64,000 bases of DNA from Candidatus Polarisedimenticolaceae bacterium (GTDB lineage Bacteria; Acidobacteriota; Polarisedimenticolia; Polarisedimenticolales; DASRJG01): positions 13,811 through 77,810 of the forward strand of contig DASVAW010000167.1 in NCBI GenBank assembly GCA_036376135.1, written 5' to 3'. The notes beneath the pieces are model-generated. The model was given only the letters and a program-made list of their open reading frames with translations, had not been told where the DNA came from and searched no databases. This document shows positions 9,798-18,055 of this stretch, piece after piece. Numbering within the stretch: position 1 is the first letter of the stretch; the number at the start of each line of letters is the position of its first letter. Position numbers and translations under genes: made by a program.

Positions 9798-11655
9798 TCC
9801 GGCGCGGCACCGGGTCGTCGGCACCGCCGGCCACATCGACCACGGAAAAAGCGCGCTCGTCGCGGCGCTCACCGGAACCCACCCCGACCGCCTGGCGGAG
9901 GAGCGGCGTCGAGGCATCACGATCGACCTCGGGTTCGCCGACTTCGAGACGTCTCCCGGTCGCGTCATCTCGTTCGTCGACGTACCGGGCCACGAGCGTT
10001 TCGTGCGGCACATGGTGGCGGGCGCCGGCGGGGTCGATGCGGTCGTGCTCGTCGTCGCGGCGGACGAGGGAGTCATGCCGCAGACGCGCGAGCACCTCGC
10101 GATCTGCCGGCACCTCGGGGTGGAGCACGGCATCGTCGCGTTGACGAAGGCCGATCTCGCTCCCGAGGACGTGCGACAGGTCGTCGCCCTGGAGGTCGAG
10201 GAGTTCGTGCACGGGACATTCCTCGAGGCGGCCCCCGTACTCTTCGTCTCGGCTCGGACCGGCGAGGGGCTCGACGCGCTCCGGGGGGCCCTCTCGACGC
10301 TGTTCGACATCGTCCCCGACAGGCGTGCCTCGGGGGTGCCTCGCCTTCCGGTGGATCGGGCCTTCACCATGCGAGGTTTCGGCACCGTCGTGACCGGCAC
10401 CCTCGTTTCGGGAACGCTGCGGGAGGGTGACGAGGTGGAGCTGCTCCCCGGCGGGGCACGGGCACGCGTGAGGGGATTACAGGTCCATCGCCGCAAGACC
10501 GCGGAGGCATCCGCCGGCCGGAGGGTCGCCGTGAACCTCCAGGGGATCGACGTGGCCGCGGTGCCGCGCGGCACCACGCTTTCCGCGCCCGCGGCGTTGA
10601 CGACCACCCGGAGGATCCGGGCGCGGGTCCGGCTGGAACCCGGCGCGTCGGATCGCCTCGGCCGTGGAGGGCTGGTCCGTTTCCATCAGGCGACCTTCGA
10701 GCGCCCGGCCCGCCTCCGGTTGCGCGAGGCCGACCCTGCGGATGGAACGCGCGACGCGGAGATCGTTTTCCGCGAGGACACCGTCCTGGTTCCGGGAGAT
10801 CGGTTCGTTCTTCGGCGCCCCGCTCCCGTCGACACCCTGGGCGGGGGAATCGTCACCGACATCCGCCCGATCCGTTCGATCGCGGAGGGAGGCGTCGGTC
10901 ATGCGGCCGCGCTGCTCCGACGCCTGGATGCCGCGGGGACCGGCGGAGTGCGATCGGCGGAGGTCGCCGCGGAGCTCGGGATGCGGTCCGAGGAACTCGA
11001 AGAGGTCGGAGCCGTCCTGGAGGCGGAGGGCCGGGTCGTCCGGTTCCCCGGAGCGCTCTTCGCCGGGGCGGCTTGGAGGCGTTGTGGGGCTGCGGTGATC
11101 GAGGCGGTCGAGGCGTTTCATCGTGCGGAGCCCCTCCGACGCGGCGCCTCCCGAGAGGAGCTGCGCCGCGCGGTCGCGCCGGAGATGTCCCCCGAGGCGT
11201 GGCGGCAACGGCTCGAGTCGCTGCGGGAGGCGGGGGAGCTCCGGCTGGACGGGGATCGGGTAGCGTCGGCGCGCCACACGGTGGTACTGTCGGGCGCGGA
11301 CGGCGCGATCGCGGCGGCCCTCGAGGCCCGCCTTCGTGACGCGGGACTCGATCCTCCCGACACCGCGAGCCTGGTCGCGGAGCACGGCGGGGGGCGGGCG
11401 ATGCGCCTTCTCGAGTGGCTGGTCTCGGAGGGGCGTTTGGCGCGCCTGAAGGACGGTCGCTTGTGCCATGCCGAGGTCCTCGCCGACCTGCGCGCCAGGC
11501 TCGCGGAGCGCGCCAAGGTCTCGAGGAAGATCGATGTGGCGGCGTTCAAGGAGTTGGCGGGGGTGACCCGTAAGAACGCCATTCCGTTGCTCGAGTTCCT
11601 CGATGCCGAGCGCTCCACGCGGCGCGTCGGCAACGATCGGGAGATTCTGATCTGA
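9787..11655 (+). CDS. selB: Selenocysteine-specific translation elongation factor SelB
   Basis: VGTAGHIDHGKSALVAALTG..DRLAEERRRGITIDLGFA, DVPGHERF and TKADL GTPase motifs. It also has a long C-terminal winged-helix extension (FKELAGVTRKNAIPLLEFLD) and is 622 aa. Confidence 0.9.
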   Translation: MSTDPARHRVVGTAGHIDHGKSALVAALTGTHPDRLAEERRRGITIDLGFADFETSPGRVISFVDVPGHERFVRHMVAGAGGVDAVVLVVAADEGVMPQTREHLAICRHLGVEHGIVALTKADLAPEDVRQVVALEVEEFVHGTFLEAAPVLFVSARTGEGLDALRGALSTLFDIVPDRRASGVPRLPVDRAFTMRGFGTVVTGTLVSGTLREGDEVELLPGGARARVRGLQVHRRKTAEASAGRRVAVNLQGIDVAAVPRGTTLSAPAALTTTRRIRARVRLEPGASDRLGRGGLVRFHQATFERPARLRLREADPADGTRDAEIVFREDTVLVPGDRFVLRRPAPVDTLGGGIVTDIRPIRSIAEGGVGHAAALLRRLDAAGTGGVRSAEVAAELGMRSEELEEVGAVLEAEGRVVRFPGALFAGAAWRRCGAAVIEAVEAFHRAEPLRRGASREELRRAVAPEMSPEAWRQRLESLREAGELRLDGDRVASARHTVVLSGADGAIAAALEARLRDAGLDPPDTASLVAEHGGGRAMRLLEWLVSEGRLARLKDGRLCHAEVLADLRARLAERAKVSRKIDVAAFKELAGVTRKNAIPLLEFLDAERSTRRVGNDREILI

Positions 11656-11690
11656 CGGCGGCGGCGGGTCCTCCGCCGTGGGAGCACAGC

Positions 11691-11882
11691 ATGGGCTCGT
11701 TGGGCTGGACCGAGATTCTCGTCCTCGCGCTGATCCTGATCCTGCTCTTCGGCGCCAAGCGCCTGCCGGACATCGGCCGGGGGCTGGGGGACGGCATCCG
11801 GGGGTTCAGGCAGGCGATGCGGGGTGAAGAACCGGGAGGCGACGCCAAGGGCGGGGATTCGAACTCCGGCACGAAGCCCTAG
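11691..11882 (+). CDS. tatA: Twin-arginine translocase subunit TatA/E
   Basis: MGSLGWTEILVLALILILLFGAKRLPDIGRGLG is the canonical TatA N-terminus. Confidence 0.85.
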   Translation: MGSLGWTEILVLALILILLFGAKRLPDIGRGLGDGIRGFRQAMRGEEPGGDAKGGDSNSGTKP

Positions 11883-11894
11883 ACGCCGACCGCG

Positions 11895-13550
11895 TTGACC
11901 GCCTTGGGCACCGCGGCGGCGCGGCGGCTCGTCGGCAGACAGCGGTCGGCGGCGGAGCGGCTCCGCCGCGAGCTCGCCCGCGCCGACGGGACGCTCGACC
12001 ACTCCTACTTCCGCGCCTTCCGCCGGGACACCGGTCGCGTCGCCGAGCCCATCCCCCTCGAGGCGATCTTCGGCGCCGCCGCGGAGTCCGACCTCGTCTA
12101 CCTGGGGGACTTCCATGCCGTCCGAGCGTCGCAGTCCTTCGCGCTCCGCGTCCTGACCGCCCTCGCCCGCGGTGCGCGGGCGAACGTCCTGGGCATTGAA
12201 TTCGTCTACACCCGGCAGCAACGATTGCTCGACCTGCGCCAGCGCGGAGATCTCGACGAAGCGGCCTTCCTCCGGCGCATTCACTACGAGGAGGAATGGG
12301 GCTGGCCCTGGGAGGGCTACCGCGAGCTTCTCGACGGCGCCCGGGCGCTCGGCGTGCCCGTGGTCGCGCTGGATCGCGCACCGCGCGGAGGCGTCGATCG
12401 GATCGCCTCCCGCGACGACCACGCGGCGCGACGCATCGTCGCCTCGCTCCTCGAGCGGCCGGGCCATCGCATGCTGGTGTTTTTCGGCGAGAGCCACCTC
12501 GCAGGCAGGCACCTGCCGCGCCGCGTGCGCGAGCACGCGGGACGAAACGGAATCGCGCTGCGCGACATCCGGGTCTTCCAGGATCCGGATCGCGCGTACT
12601 GGTCTTTCGTGTCGGCGGGAGAACCCGTTCCGGATGCGGTCGCCTTCGGCGAAGGGGGCTACGGCGTCTTTCATACGGCGCCCCTGGCGAAGTACGAGTC
12701 GTACCGTCAGATCCTCGACCGCTGGAAGGGGGACCTGCCCGGCGACGAGGACGTGGATCTCACCCCGGCGGTCCACCACCTGATCGACGTGCTGCGCGGC
12801 TGGCTCGGGCTCAGCCGCTCCGCCAAGCTTCGCCACCGGGCCGGTTGGGAGGAGGAACTCTCCGACGCCTACCCCGAGGTGTACGGCGGAGGAGAGGCGT
12901 TGCGCCTGCTCGGTCCGATCCTCCGGGAGCACGGCCGCTCCGACGAGGAGGTGGGCGAGGCGCGGGAGCGGCTCGCCGAGCGCGGCGTCTTCTACGAGTC
13001 CCGCTCGAACACGATGTTCATCGAGCGATATGCCCCGGGGCGGACGGCCGGCGAGGTCGCGCGGTTCCTTCGAACCGCGCTCACCGGGCGGCTGTTTCAG
13101 GAACCGGAGCTCTCGGAGGCCGACCCCGTCGATCGCGCGTACGGTGCCGCCTACAACGAGGCGCTGGCCTACCTCGGCGCCCGGCTGGTCGATCCCGGCA
13201 GCGACGTGGTGACCCGGGACGAGCGGCGCGTGCTCGCGGGTGCGGCGGCCGGGGGCGTCGACGAGGCGCGCGTCCGCCTCGCCTGGATCGAGTCCCACCG
13301 CCGGTTCGAGGAATCGGGTGCGAACCTGCCGCCGGCGACGCTCACCGCTCCCCTGCGGGCCTCGCGGGCGCTCCGCCGCACGCTGGCACGCGACCTCGGG
13401 CACCGGCTCGGTCAGTCGTGGTTTGCGGCGGTCGCCGGAGGGCGCCTGCGCACCGCCGCGCTGCGCCGCATCTTCTCCGCGCCTCTGGATCCGCCCCGCG
13501 CCCGCGGCGTGGTCGTGCGCTGGCTGCGTCGGCTTCGCGGCAACCGCTGA
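11895..13550 (+). CDS. ChaN/Tiki-like (DUF399-type) domain protein with an uncharacterised C-terminal half
   Basis: VYLGDFHAVRASQ...GIEFV...VFFGESHL resembles the ChaN/Tiki GxxH-type fold. It has a TTG start. Confidence 0.55.
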   Translation: MTALGTAAARRLVGRQRSAAERLRRELARADGTLDHSYFRAFRRDTGRVAEPIPLEAIFGAAAESDLVYLGDFHAVRASQSFALRVLTALARGARANVLGIEFVYTRQQRLLDLRQRGDLDEAAFLRRIHYEEEWGWPWEGYRELLDGARALGVPVVALDRAPRGGVDRIASRDDHAARRIVASLLERPGHRMLVFFGESHLAGRHLPRRVREHAGRNGIALRDIRVFQDPDRAYWSFVSAGEPVPDAVAFGEGGYGVFHTAPLAKYESYRQILDRWKGDLPGDEDVDLTPAVHHLIDVLRGWLGLSRSAKLRHRAGWEEELSDAYPEVYGGGEALRLLGPILREHGRSDEEVGEARERLAERGVFYESRSNTMFIERYAPGRTAGEVARFLRTALTGRLFQEPELSEADPVDRAYGAAYNEALAYLGARLVDPGSDVVTRDERRVLAGAAAGGVDEARVRLAWIESHRRFEESGANLPPATLTAPLRASRALRRTLARDLGHRLGQSWFAAVAGGRLRTAALRRIFSAPLDPPRARGVVVRWLRRLRGNR

Positions 13551-13582
13551 AAGAAAAACGGCCGCGCCCTGGGGCGCGGCCG
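13550..13582 (-). terminator. Rho-independent-like terminator downstream of the S8 protease, between convergent genes
   Basis: A 10-bp GC stem (13559-13568 pairing with 13573-13582) with a 4-nt loop. On the minus strand it is followed by TTTTTCTTT (13551-13559). Confidence 0.5.
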
Positions 13583-13655
13583 CGTGTCGATCGGCAGGGA
13601 CGAGAGGGGATCCGTCGTTCCCTGACGCTCGAACACTCCCGGATTCGATCCGACC

Positions 13656-15566
13656 TCAGTCCCAGAGGACCGTGTCGGTCCAGACGGCGGTGTCGCCCCA
13701 CAGGGCGGTTTCCGTCCAGACGGCGGTGTCGCCCCAGAGGGCGGTGTCCGTCCAGACGGCGGTGTCGCCCCAGAGGGCGGTGTCGGTCCAGACGGCGGTG
13801 TTGTCCCAGAGGGCGGTATCCGTCCAGACGGCGGTGTTGTCCCAGAGGGCGGTGTCGGTCCAGACGGCGGTGTCGCCCCAAAGTGCCGTTTCCTCGGCGA
13901 GCAGCTTGAGGTCCCACAGCACCGTGTCGGCCCAGACGGCCGTTTGCTCCGAACCGATCACGTCCCACAGGACGGTGTCGGCCCAGACGGCGGTGTTGTC
14001 CCAGAGCGCGGTGTCGCCCCACAGGGCGGTGTCGGCCCAGACCGCGGTCGACTCCTTGGCCCAGAGATCCCACAGGACCGTGTCGGTCCAAACGGCGGTG
14101 TCGGCGTGGGCCAGGTCGCGGAGGACCGTCGTGGAGGAGGAAGCAAGCGCGCGCAGCGCCCCGTCGCCGAAGATCGCGGTGGAGTACCGCGGCGGCACGA
14201 CCGACGAGGCCAGACCGAATCCCCCTTCCGGATTGCGGACGACGACGGGGGAGGCGGTCGAGAAGCGGGTGGAGGTTAGCCCCTGCGAGAGAGAGAGGGC
14301 CTTGGCGAGGTTGACGTATCCGGATCCGGTGGCGAAGGCGGTCTCGCCGGCCACCGGCTCGGCGGTCTTCATCAAGACGGCCTTGATCTGGTCGTTGGTC
14401 AGCGCCGGATTCCGCTCCAGCAGGAGCGCCGCGAGACCCGACACGACGCCGGTGGCCTGGCTCGTCCCGGACAACTCGATCCGACCCGGAGCGACGACGC
14501 GCTCGGGGAACATCGCGGCCAACGAGCAGCCGGGGGCGAGGGCGCCGAGGAGTCGGTTGCCCGGCGCCATCACGTCAGGCTTCAGGACGTTGTCGCCGTA
14601 CGAGGGACCGCGGCTGGAGTAACTGGTGAGCAGGTCGTCGGTGCGAACGACCGTGTCCTTGTCGTTCATCGCCCCGACCGTGAGGGCGAAGGGGTTGTTG
14701 CCGGGGACGTTGATCGTCCGGAAGCCGTCGCGGCCGCGGTTGCCGGCGGAGGCGACGACCAGAAGGCCCGATTTCCAAGCGCGGGTGACGGCCTGCGAGA
14801 CCGGGTCGGTGCGCCACGACTCGGCGGGGGGGTAGCCGAGCGAGAGATTGATCACGCCGATCCCGAAACGGCGGCGGTTCTCGATCGCCCAGTCGATCGC
14901 GGCGATCACGTCGCTCGCGAAACCGAGGCCGTTGCCGTCGAGCGCCCGGAGCGAGACGAGCGACGCGTCGGGAGCGACGCCGCGCATCGATCCATTGCGG
15001 CCCGAGCTCGCGATGAGGCTCGCCACGTGCGTGCCGTGCCCGCGTCCGTCCGCGTCCCGCGCACCGGCGTCGGTGAAGTCGATCGCGGCGACGATCCTCG
15101 ACCGCTCGAGCCCGGCGACGAGGCTGATGCCGGAATCCACGACCGCCACGGTCACGCCTTTGCCGGTCAGCCCGAGCACGCGGAAGGCCTCGATCGCACC
15201 CGTCGACTCGACTCCCGGGTCGACGTCGCTCGAGCCGGCGATGGTCCGGTCGGGGGAGATCCGGACGACTCGCGGGTCGGCCGCCAGCGCCTCGATCTCC
15301 GCGGCGGCGTACGTCGCGGCGAGCGCGCGCCCCGCATCGAGTCGACGGTGGCTGCGGCTCGCGCGGCGGGCGAGTCCGTCGACCGCCTTCGCGTCGAGCC
15401 CTTCGGCGTAGGAGACGATCACCCTCTGCTCGGCACCGCTCGACAGCGCCGTGGCGAGATCGTCTGAGATCTTGGAGTTGCGCGGCGCCGCGGCGATCGC
15501 GGTCAGCGAACCCAGCAGGAATGGGACCGCCAGGATCAGGGTCCGGATTCGGCGGGTCTTCGTCAT
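13656..15566 (-). CDS. Secreted S8 (subtilisin) family serine peptidase with a C-terminal Trp-hexapeptide repeat region
   Basis: Signal peptide MTKTRRIRTLILAVPFLLGSLTAIAAAP. Catalytic triad contexts are VAVVDSGI (Asp), HGTHVAS (His) and GTSQATG (Ser). A GAGAGGGGG Shine-Dalgarno site lies upstream of the ATG at 15566. Confidence 0.85.
   Translation of the reverse strand: MTKTRRIRTLILAVPFLLGSLTAIAAAPRNSKISDDLATALSSGAEQRVIVSYAEGLDAKAVDGLARRASRSHRRLDAGRALAATYAAAEIEALAADPRVVRISPDRTIAGSSDVDPGVESTGAIEAFRVLGLTGKGVTVAVVDSGISLVAGLERSRIVAAIDFTDAGARDADGRGHGTHVASLIASSGRNGSMRGVAPDASLVSLRALDGNGLGFASDVIAAIDWAIENRRRFGIGVINLSLGYPPAESWRTDPVSQAVTRAWKSGLLVVASAGNRGRDGFRTINVPGNNPFALTVGAMNDKDTVVRTDDLLTSYSSRGPSYGDNVLKPDVMAPGNRLLGALAPGCSLAAMFPERVVAPGRIELSGTSQATGVVSGLAALLLERNPALTNDQIKAVLMKTAEPVAGETAFATGSGYVNLAKALSLSQGLTSTRFSTASPVVVRNPEGGFGLASSVVPPRYSTAIFGDGALRALASSSTTVLRDLAHADTAVWTDTVLWDLWAKESTAVWADTALWGDTALWDNTAVWADTVLWDVIGSEQTAVWADTVLWDLKLLAEETALWGDTAVWTDTALWDNTAVWTDTALWDNTAVWTDTALWGDTAVWTDTALWGDTAVWTETALWGDTAVWTDTVLWD
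13659..14102 (-). repeat. Coding tandem repeat: a 36-bp unit (two hexapeptides) within an overall 18-bp periodicity
   Basis: Near-identical copies of GTCCAGACGGCGGTGTCGCCCCAGAGGGCGGTGTCC occur on the plus strand. They encode 22 x (D/N/E)T(A)(V/L)W(T/G/D/A). Confidence 0.9.
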
Positions 15567-15618
15567 GGTGTTGCCCCCTCTCGTAGCCACTTTTTCGGTG
15601 GTGGCCGACCCGGAGAAG

Positions 15619-15634
15619 AGCAACCGAAGGGCCG
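15619..15634 (-). promoter_or_regulatory. Candidate sigma-54 (-24/-12) promoter upstream of the S8 protease
   Basis: The minus strand reads CGGCCCTTCGGTTGCT, against the consensus TGGCACG-N4-TTGCW. GG-N10-GC spacing is exact and TTGCT is intact. It lies 54 nt upstream of the start codon. Confidence 0.3.
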
Positions 15635-15724
15635 TGTGAGGAGAATTCGCAACTATCGAGTGGAACCCGTTTCAAATGTGCGATTTACGCCCATGCGCGC
15701 GCCTCCGAGTCCATCTCCAGTCGA

Positions 15725-15739
15725 GTCTCACTCTGAGAC
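15725..15739. promoter_or_regulatory. Palindrome GTCTCA-N3-TGAGAC (copy 1), a candidate operator or hairpin
   Basis: It has perfect 6-bp arms. A second copy of the same half-sites lies 90 bp away. Confidence 0.3.
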
Positions 15740-15813
15740 CTGGTGAGGCCGTAGCAGTTGGAAGTCGTTGTAAATGTGACAGTTAATGGATGATACCCGG
15801 AATGGGTCGGTGT

Positions 15814-15830
15814 CGTCTCACGGTGAGACG
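15814..15830. promoter_or_regulatory. Palindrome CGTCTCA-N3-TGAGACG (copy 2), a candidate operator or hairpin
   Basis: It has perfect 7-bp arms with the same GTCTCA/TGAGAC core. It lies 111 nt upstream of the ATG at 15941. Confidence 0.3.
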
Positions 15831-15940
15831 GCGTGATGTCGGTCCGGTGGCTCGAATGCAAAAGTCCCTCGTCCGACACTATGTCCGGCCGTATACTCCG
15901 CGTATTCAAGCTGAACAAAGCAGATGGTTGGAGTGGTGGA

Positions 15941-16420
15941 ATGTACGAAACGAATCTCGATGTGGCGCGCAGGGTCTACCGGGCCCTGAAGACCCCCACG
16001 GACAATAATCCGCGCACCGACCCCATCCTCGCCTTCCATTTCAAAGGGAAGGACGACTACATCATGATGCGGTGCAACAAGAACCCCGAGGTGTCCATCA
16101 AGGGCAAGGGGCAGGAAGCGGGCGAGGTCAAGTTCTTCGCCTACAGCGACTTCTCGGAGCATCGCGAAGACGACGTCCTCTTCAGGCTCAAGGACGAGAT
16201 CACGCTCATCGAGTTGTACCGGAAGGGCGCGATCGAGGCGATGTCGTTCAAGTCCTGGGACGAGTTCTCGCGGTGGCTCGATACGCTCGACGAAAACGGG
16301 GTGCAAATCTCCCTGAAGCTGCCCTGCCTTGTTTACGCGGCGGTCCGGCACCAGCAGCCGTCGATGCAGAACTTCATCGTCGAGGCGATCAAGAAGGCTC
16401 TGAAGACGGGCCTCGAGTAG
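15941..16420 (+). CDS. Hypothetical protein with a C-terminal ribbon-helix-helix (CopG/HicB-like) motif
   Basis: A GGAGTGGTGGA Shine-Dalgarno-like site precedes the ATG. The C-terminus VQISLKLPCLVYAAVRHQQPSMQNFIVEAIKKALK fits a beta-strand/helix/helix RHH pattern. The composition is K/E/D/F-rich and atypical for this window. Confidence 0.5.
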   Translation: MYETNLDVARRVYRALKTPTDNNPRTDPILAFHFKGKDDYIMMRCNKNPEVSIKGKGQEAGEVKFFAYSDFSEHREDDVLFRLKDEITLIELYRKGAIEAMSFKSWDEFSRWLDTLDENGVQISLKLPCLVYAAVRHQQPSMQNFIVEAIKKALKTGLE

Positions 16421-16766
16421 CGGGCGGGAACGCGTCGATCGCCTCGCGCACCGCCCGTCCTTCGTCGGGGCCGCAGGCGGGATCCTCGAGTGCGCGCTCG
16501 AGCCTGGCGCGCAGCCGGTGCCACGCGGACTCGAGGGCGATCGGCCCCAGGCTCTCCCCCTCGGGCCCGATCAGCGTGACGGTCCCCGAGTCGAGCAGCG
16601 AGCGACCCTCCGAAGAGTCGGGATCGACGAGCCGCACCAGCCTGCGTCCCCATCGTTCTTCGATGGGACCGGCGCGTCCGGTTCCCGTGAGGATCGCCCG
16701 GAGCGTGCGCCCGGCGTGGTGTGTTCCTTCCACGCCCGGATCGTACCACGCGACGCGTGGGTTCAC
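16389..16766 (-). CDS. Hypothetical 125-aa protein, translationally coupled to the EAL gene
   Basis: Its GTG start overlaps the EAL stop (GTGA). The sequence is non-low-complexity (VAWYDPGVEGTHHAGRTLRAILTG...LIGPEGESLGPIALESAWHRL). Confidence 0.45.
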   Translation of the reverse strand: MNPRVAWYDPGVEGTHHAGRTLRAILTGTGRAGPIEERWGRRLVRLVDPDSSEGRSLLDSGTVTLIGPEGESLGPIALESAWHRLRARLERALEDPACGPDEGRAVREAIDAFPPATRGPSSEPS

Positions 16767-18055
16767 GGCAGGGTGGACCAGTCGGGGATCTGGGGGGGTG
16801 CCGTGGGTCGCGCGAAAAGATAACCCTGCGCGCAACGCACGCCGAGCTCCATCAGCGTCGCGAGCTCGTCGCGCTCTTCCACGCCCTCGGCGACCATCGT
16901 GATCCCGGTGTTCTGCGCGAAGCGCGTCATCGTCGCGATCAACTCGCGCTTGATGACGCTTCGATGCAGGTCTCGGACGAGCATCATGTCCGCCTTGATG
17001 AAATCGGGTCCGATCTCCGCGATCGCGTGCAGTCCGGCGTACCCCGCGCCGACGTCGTCCATCGCGAGGCGGAATCCCTGCTCGCGGAAGTGGAGCAGCG
17101 TCCGCCGGAACGCCGCGTAGTCTTTCACCGCCGCGTGCTCGGTGAGCTCGAGCACGACCTGGCGCGGACCGAGGCCGGCGGCACGTAGGCGGTCGAGGAA
17201 ATCCGATCCCACCAGGTGCGGATCGTGGATCGCGTCCGGCTCGACGTTGAGGAAGAGGCACTGGTCCGGTTCGAGGTGCGGGAGCCCCTCGATCGCCTTG
17301 CGACGGCACAGTCGCTCGAGCGCCCACAACACGTCGTTCTCCTCGGCCGCCTTGAAGAGCATCTCCACGTTCTCGAAGCGGCCGACGCCCACGCGCGTGA
17401 GCGCCTCGTACCCCAGGACGCGGCGGCGCGCGAGGTCGACCACCGGCTGGTACACCGTGCGGACGAGTCCCTGGTCGAGCACGCGATGGAGCTGGACCGC
17501 GTGACGGCGACCTTCGCGCTCCTTGTCGCGCAAGGCGTCGGCAAACGCTTCCTGGAGCGCGCGGTGGACGCGACGCTCGAGGCGGATCGCCTCGTCGTGG
17601 TGGAGGAACGCGCCGCCGACGTAACAGCCGAACGACTCGGACGTCTCCCGCGACAGGACGCGGCCCAGGTGGGCGCGCAGGCCGCGCTTGAGGCGCATCC
17701 GCACGCGGGCGACGTCGGACGCGTCGATCGCGCGTCCGGATCGCGGAGGTTCGAGGAGGATCACGAAGGCGTTCCCGTTCACCGACGGCTCGAAGACGTG
17801 GTCGTCGCGACGCATGCGCTGCGATCGGTACGCGACGAGGAAATCCGCGACGTGGCGGATCGTGTCCTCGTACGCGCTCCAGCTCTGTGCGGGGTCGACC
17901 GATCCCGACCGCTGGAGAACGGTGACCGTCAGGATCGCGGCGCGGCGGTCCGGGTCGATGCGCGACCCGACCCGATCGAGCAGTTCGTCGAGGGCGGGAA
18001 GCGATTCGGGCGCGGCGGATGCCCTGTCGGCCGTGCGTGTCCGTCCCAGGGTCAT
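16763..18055 (-). CDS. c-di-GMP phosphodiesterase (degenerate GGDEF - EAL)
   Basis: EAL motifs YEALTR, DDVGAGYAG and QGYLFARP are present. The N-terminal domain carries VNGNAF where GGDEF would be. Confidence 0.85.
   Translation of the reverse strand: MTLGRTRTADRASAAPESLPALDELLDRVGSRIDPDRRAAILTVTVLQRSGSVDPAQSWSAYEDTIRHVADFLVAYRSQRMRRDDHVFEPSVNGNAFVILLEPPRSGRAIDASDVARVRMRLKRGLRAHLGRVLSRETSESFGCYVGGAFLHHDEAIRLERRVHRALQEAFADALRDKEREGRRHAVQLHRVLDQGLVRTVYQPVVDLARRRVLGYEALTRVGVGRFENVEMLFKAAEENDVLWALERLCRRKAIEGLPHLEPDQCLFLNVEPDAIHDPHLVGSDFLDRLRAAGLGPRQVVLELTEHAAVKDYAAFRRTLLHFREQGFRLAMDDVGAGYAGLHAIAEIGPDFIKADMMLVRDLHRSVIKRELIATMTRFAQNTGITMVAEGVEERDELATLMELGVRCAQGYLFARPTAPPQIPDWSTLP

Noticed and set aside
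7821-10607. A 928-aa ORF on the minus strand. Similar giant ORFs occur at 21973-24708 (-), 32320-34875 (-), 45521-48493 (-), 58352-61519 (+), 11118-13403 (-) and 56085-58289 (-).
   Set aside because: These are shadow ORFs caused by extreme GC3 bias. Their products are Arg/Pro/Gly/Asp-rich and low in complexity. They have no motifs and run antisense to, or out of frame with, genes that carry unambiguous family signatures (selB, PBP1, nuoM/atpB, the GTPase-kinase, NamZ and the phosphoesterase, and others).
13659-14102. A regular 36-bp repeat array that could be taken for a CRISPR array or a non-coding satellite.
   Set aside because: The repeats have no unique spacers between them. The array is in frame with, and continuous from, the S8 catalytic domain. 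It translates to a coherent hexapeptide repeat that ends at the stop codon.
15685-15918. A 77-aa minus-strand ORF and a 72-aa plus-strand ORF (15790-16008) in the protease/RHH intergenic gap.
   Set aside because: They have no Shine-Dalgarno site, no motifs, Ser/Thr/His/Arg-rich odd composition and poor GC3 bias. The region is better explained as regulatory DNA containing the palindromes.
15640-16420. Visibly lower-GC stretch with an RHH gene, considered as a horizontally acquired island or a HicAB-type toxin-antitoxin locus.
   Set aside because: The coding part still uses GC3-rich codons like the rest of the window. The dip comes from the K/E/D/F-rich amino-acid composition and from ordinary intergenic DNA. 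I found no HicA-like or other toxin ORF, integrase or flanking direct repeat.
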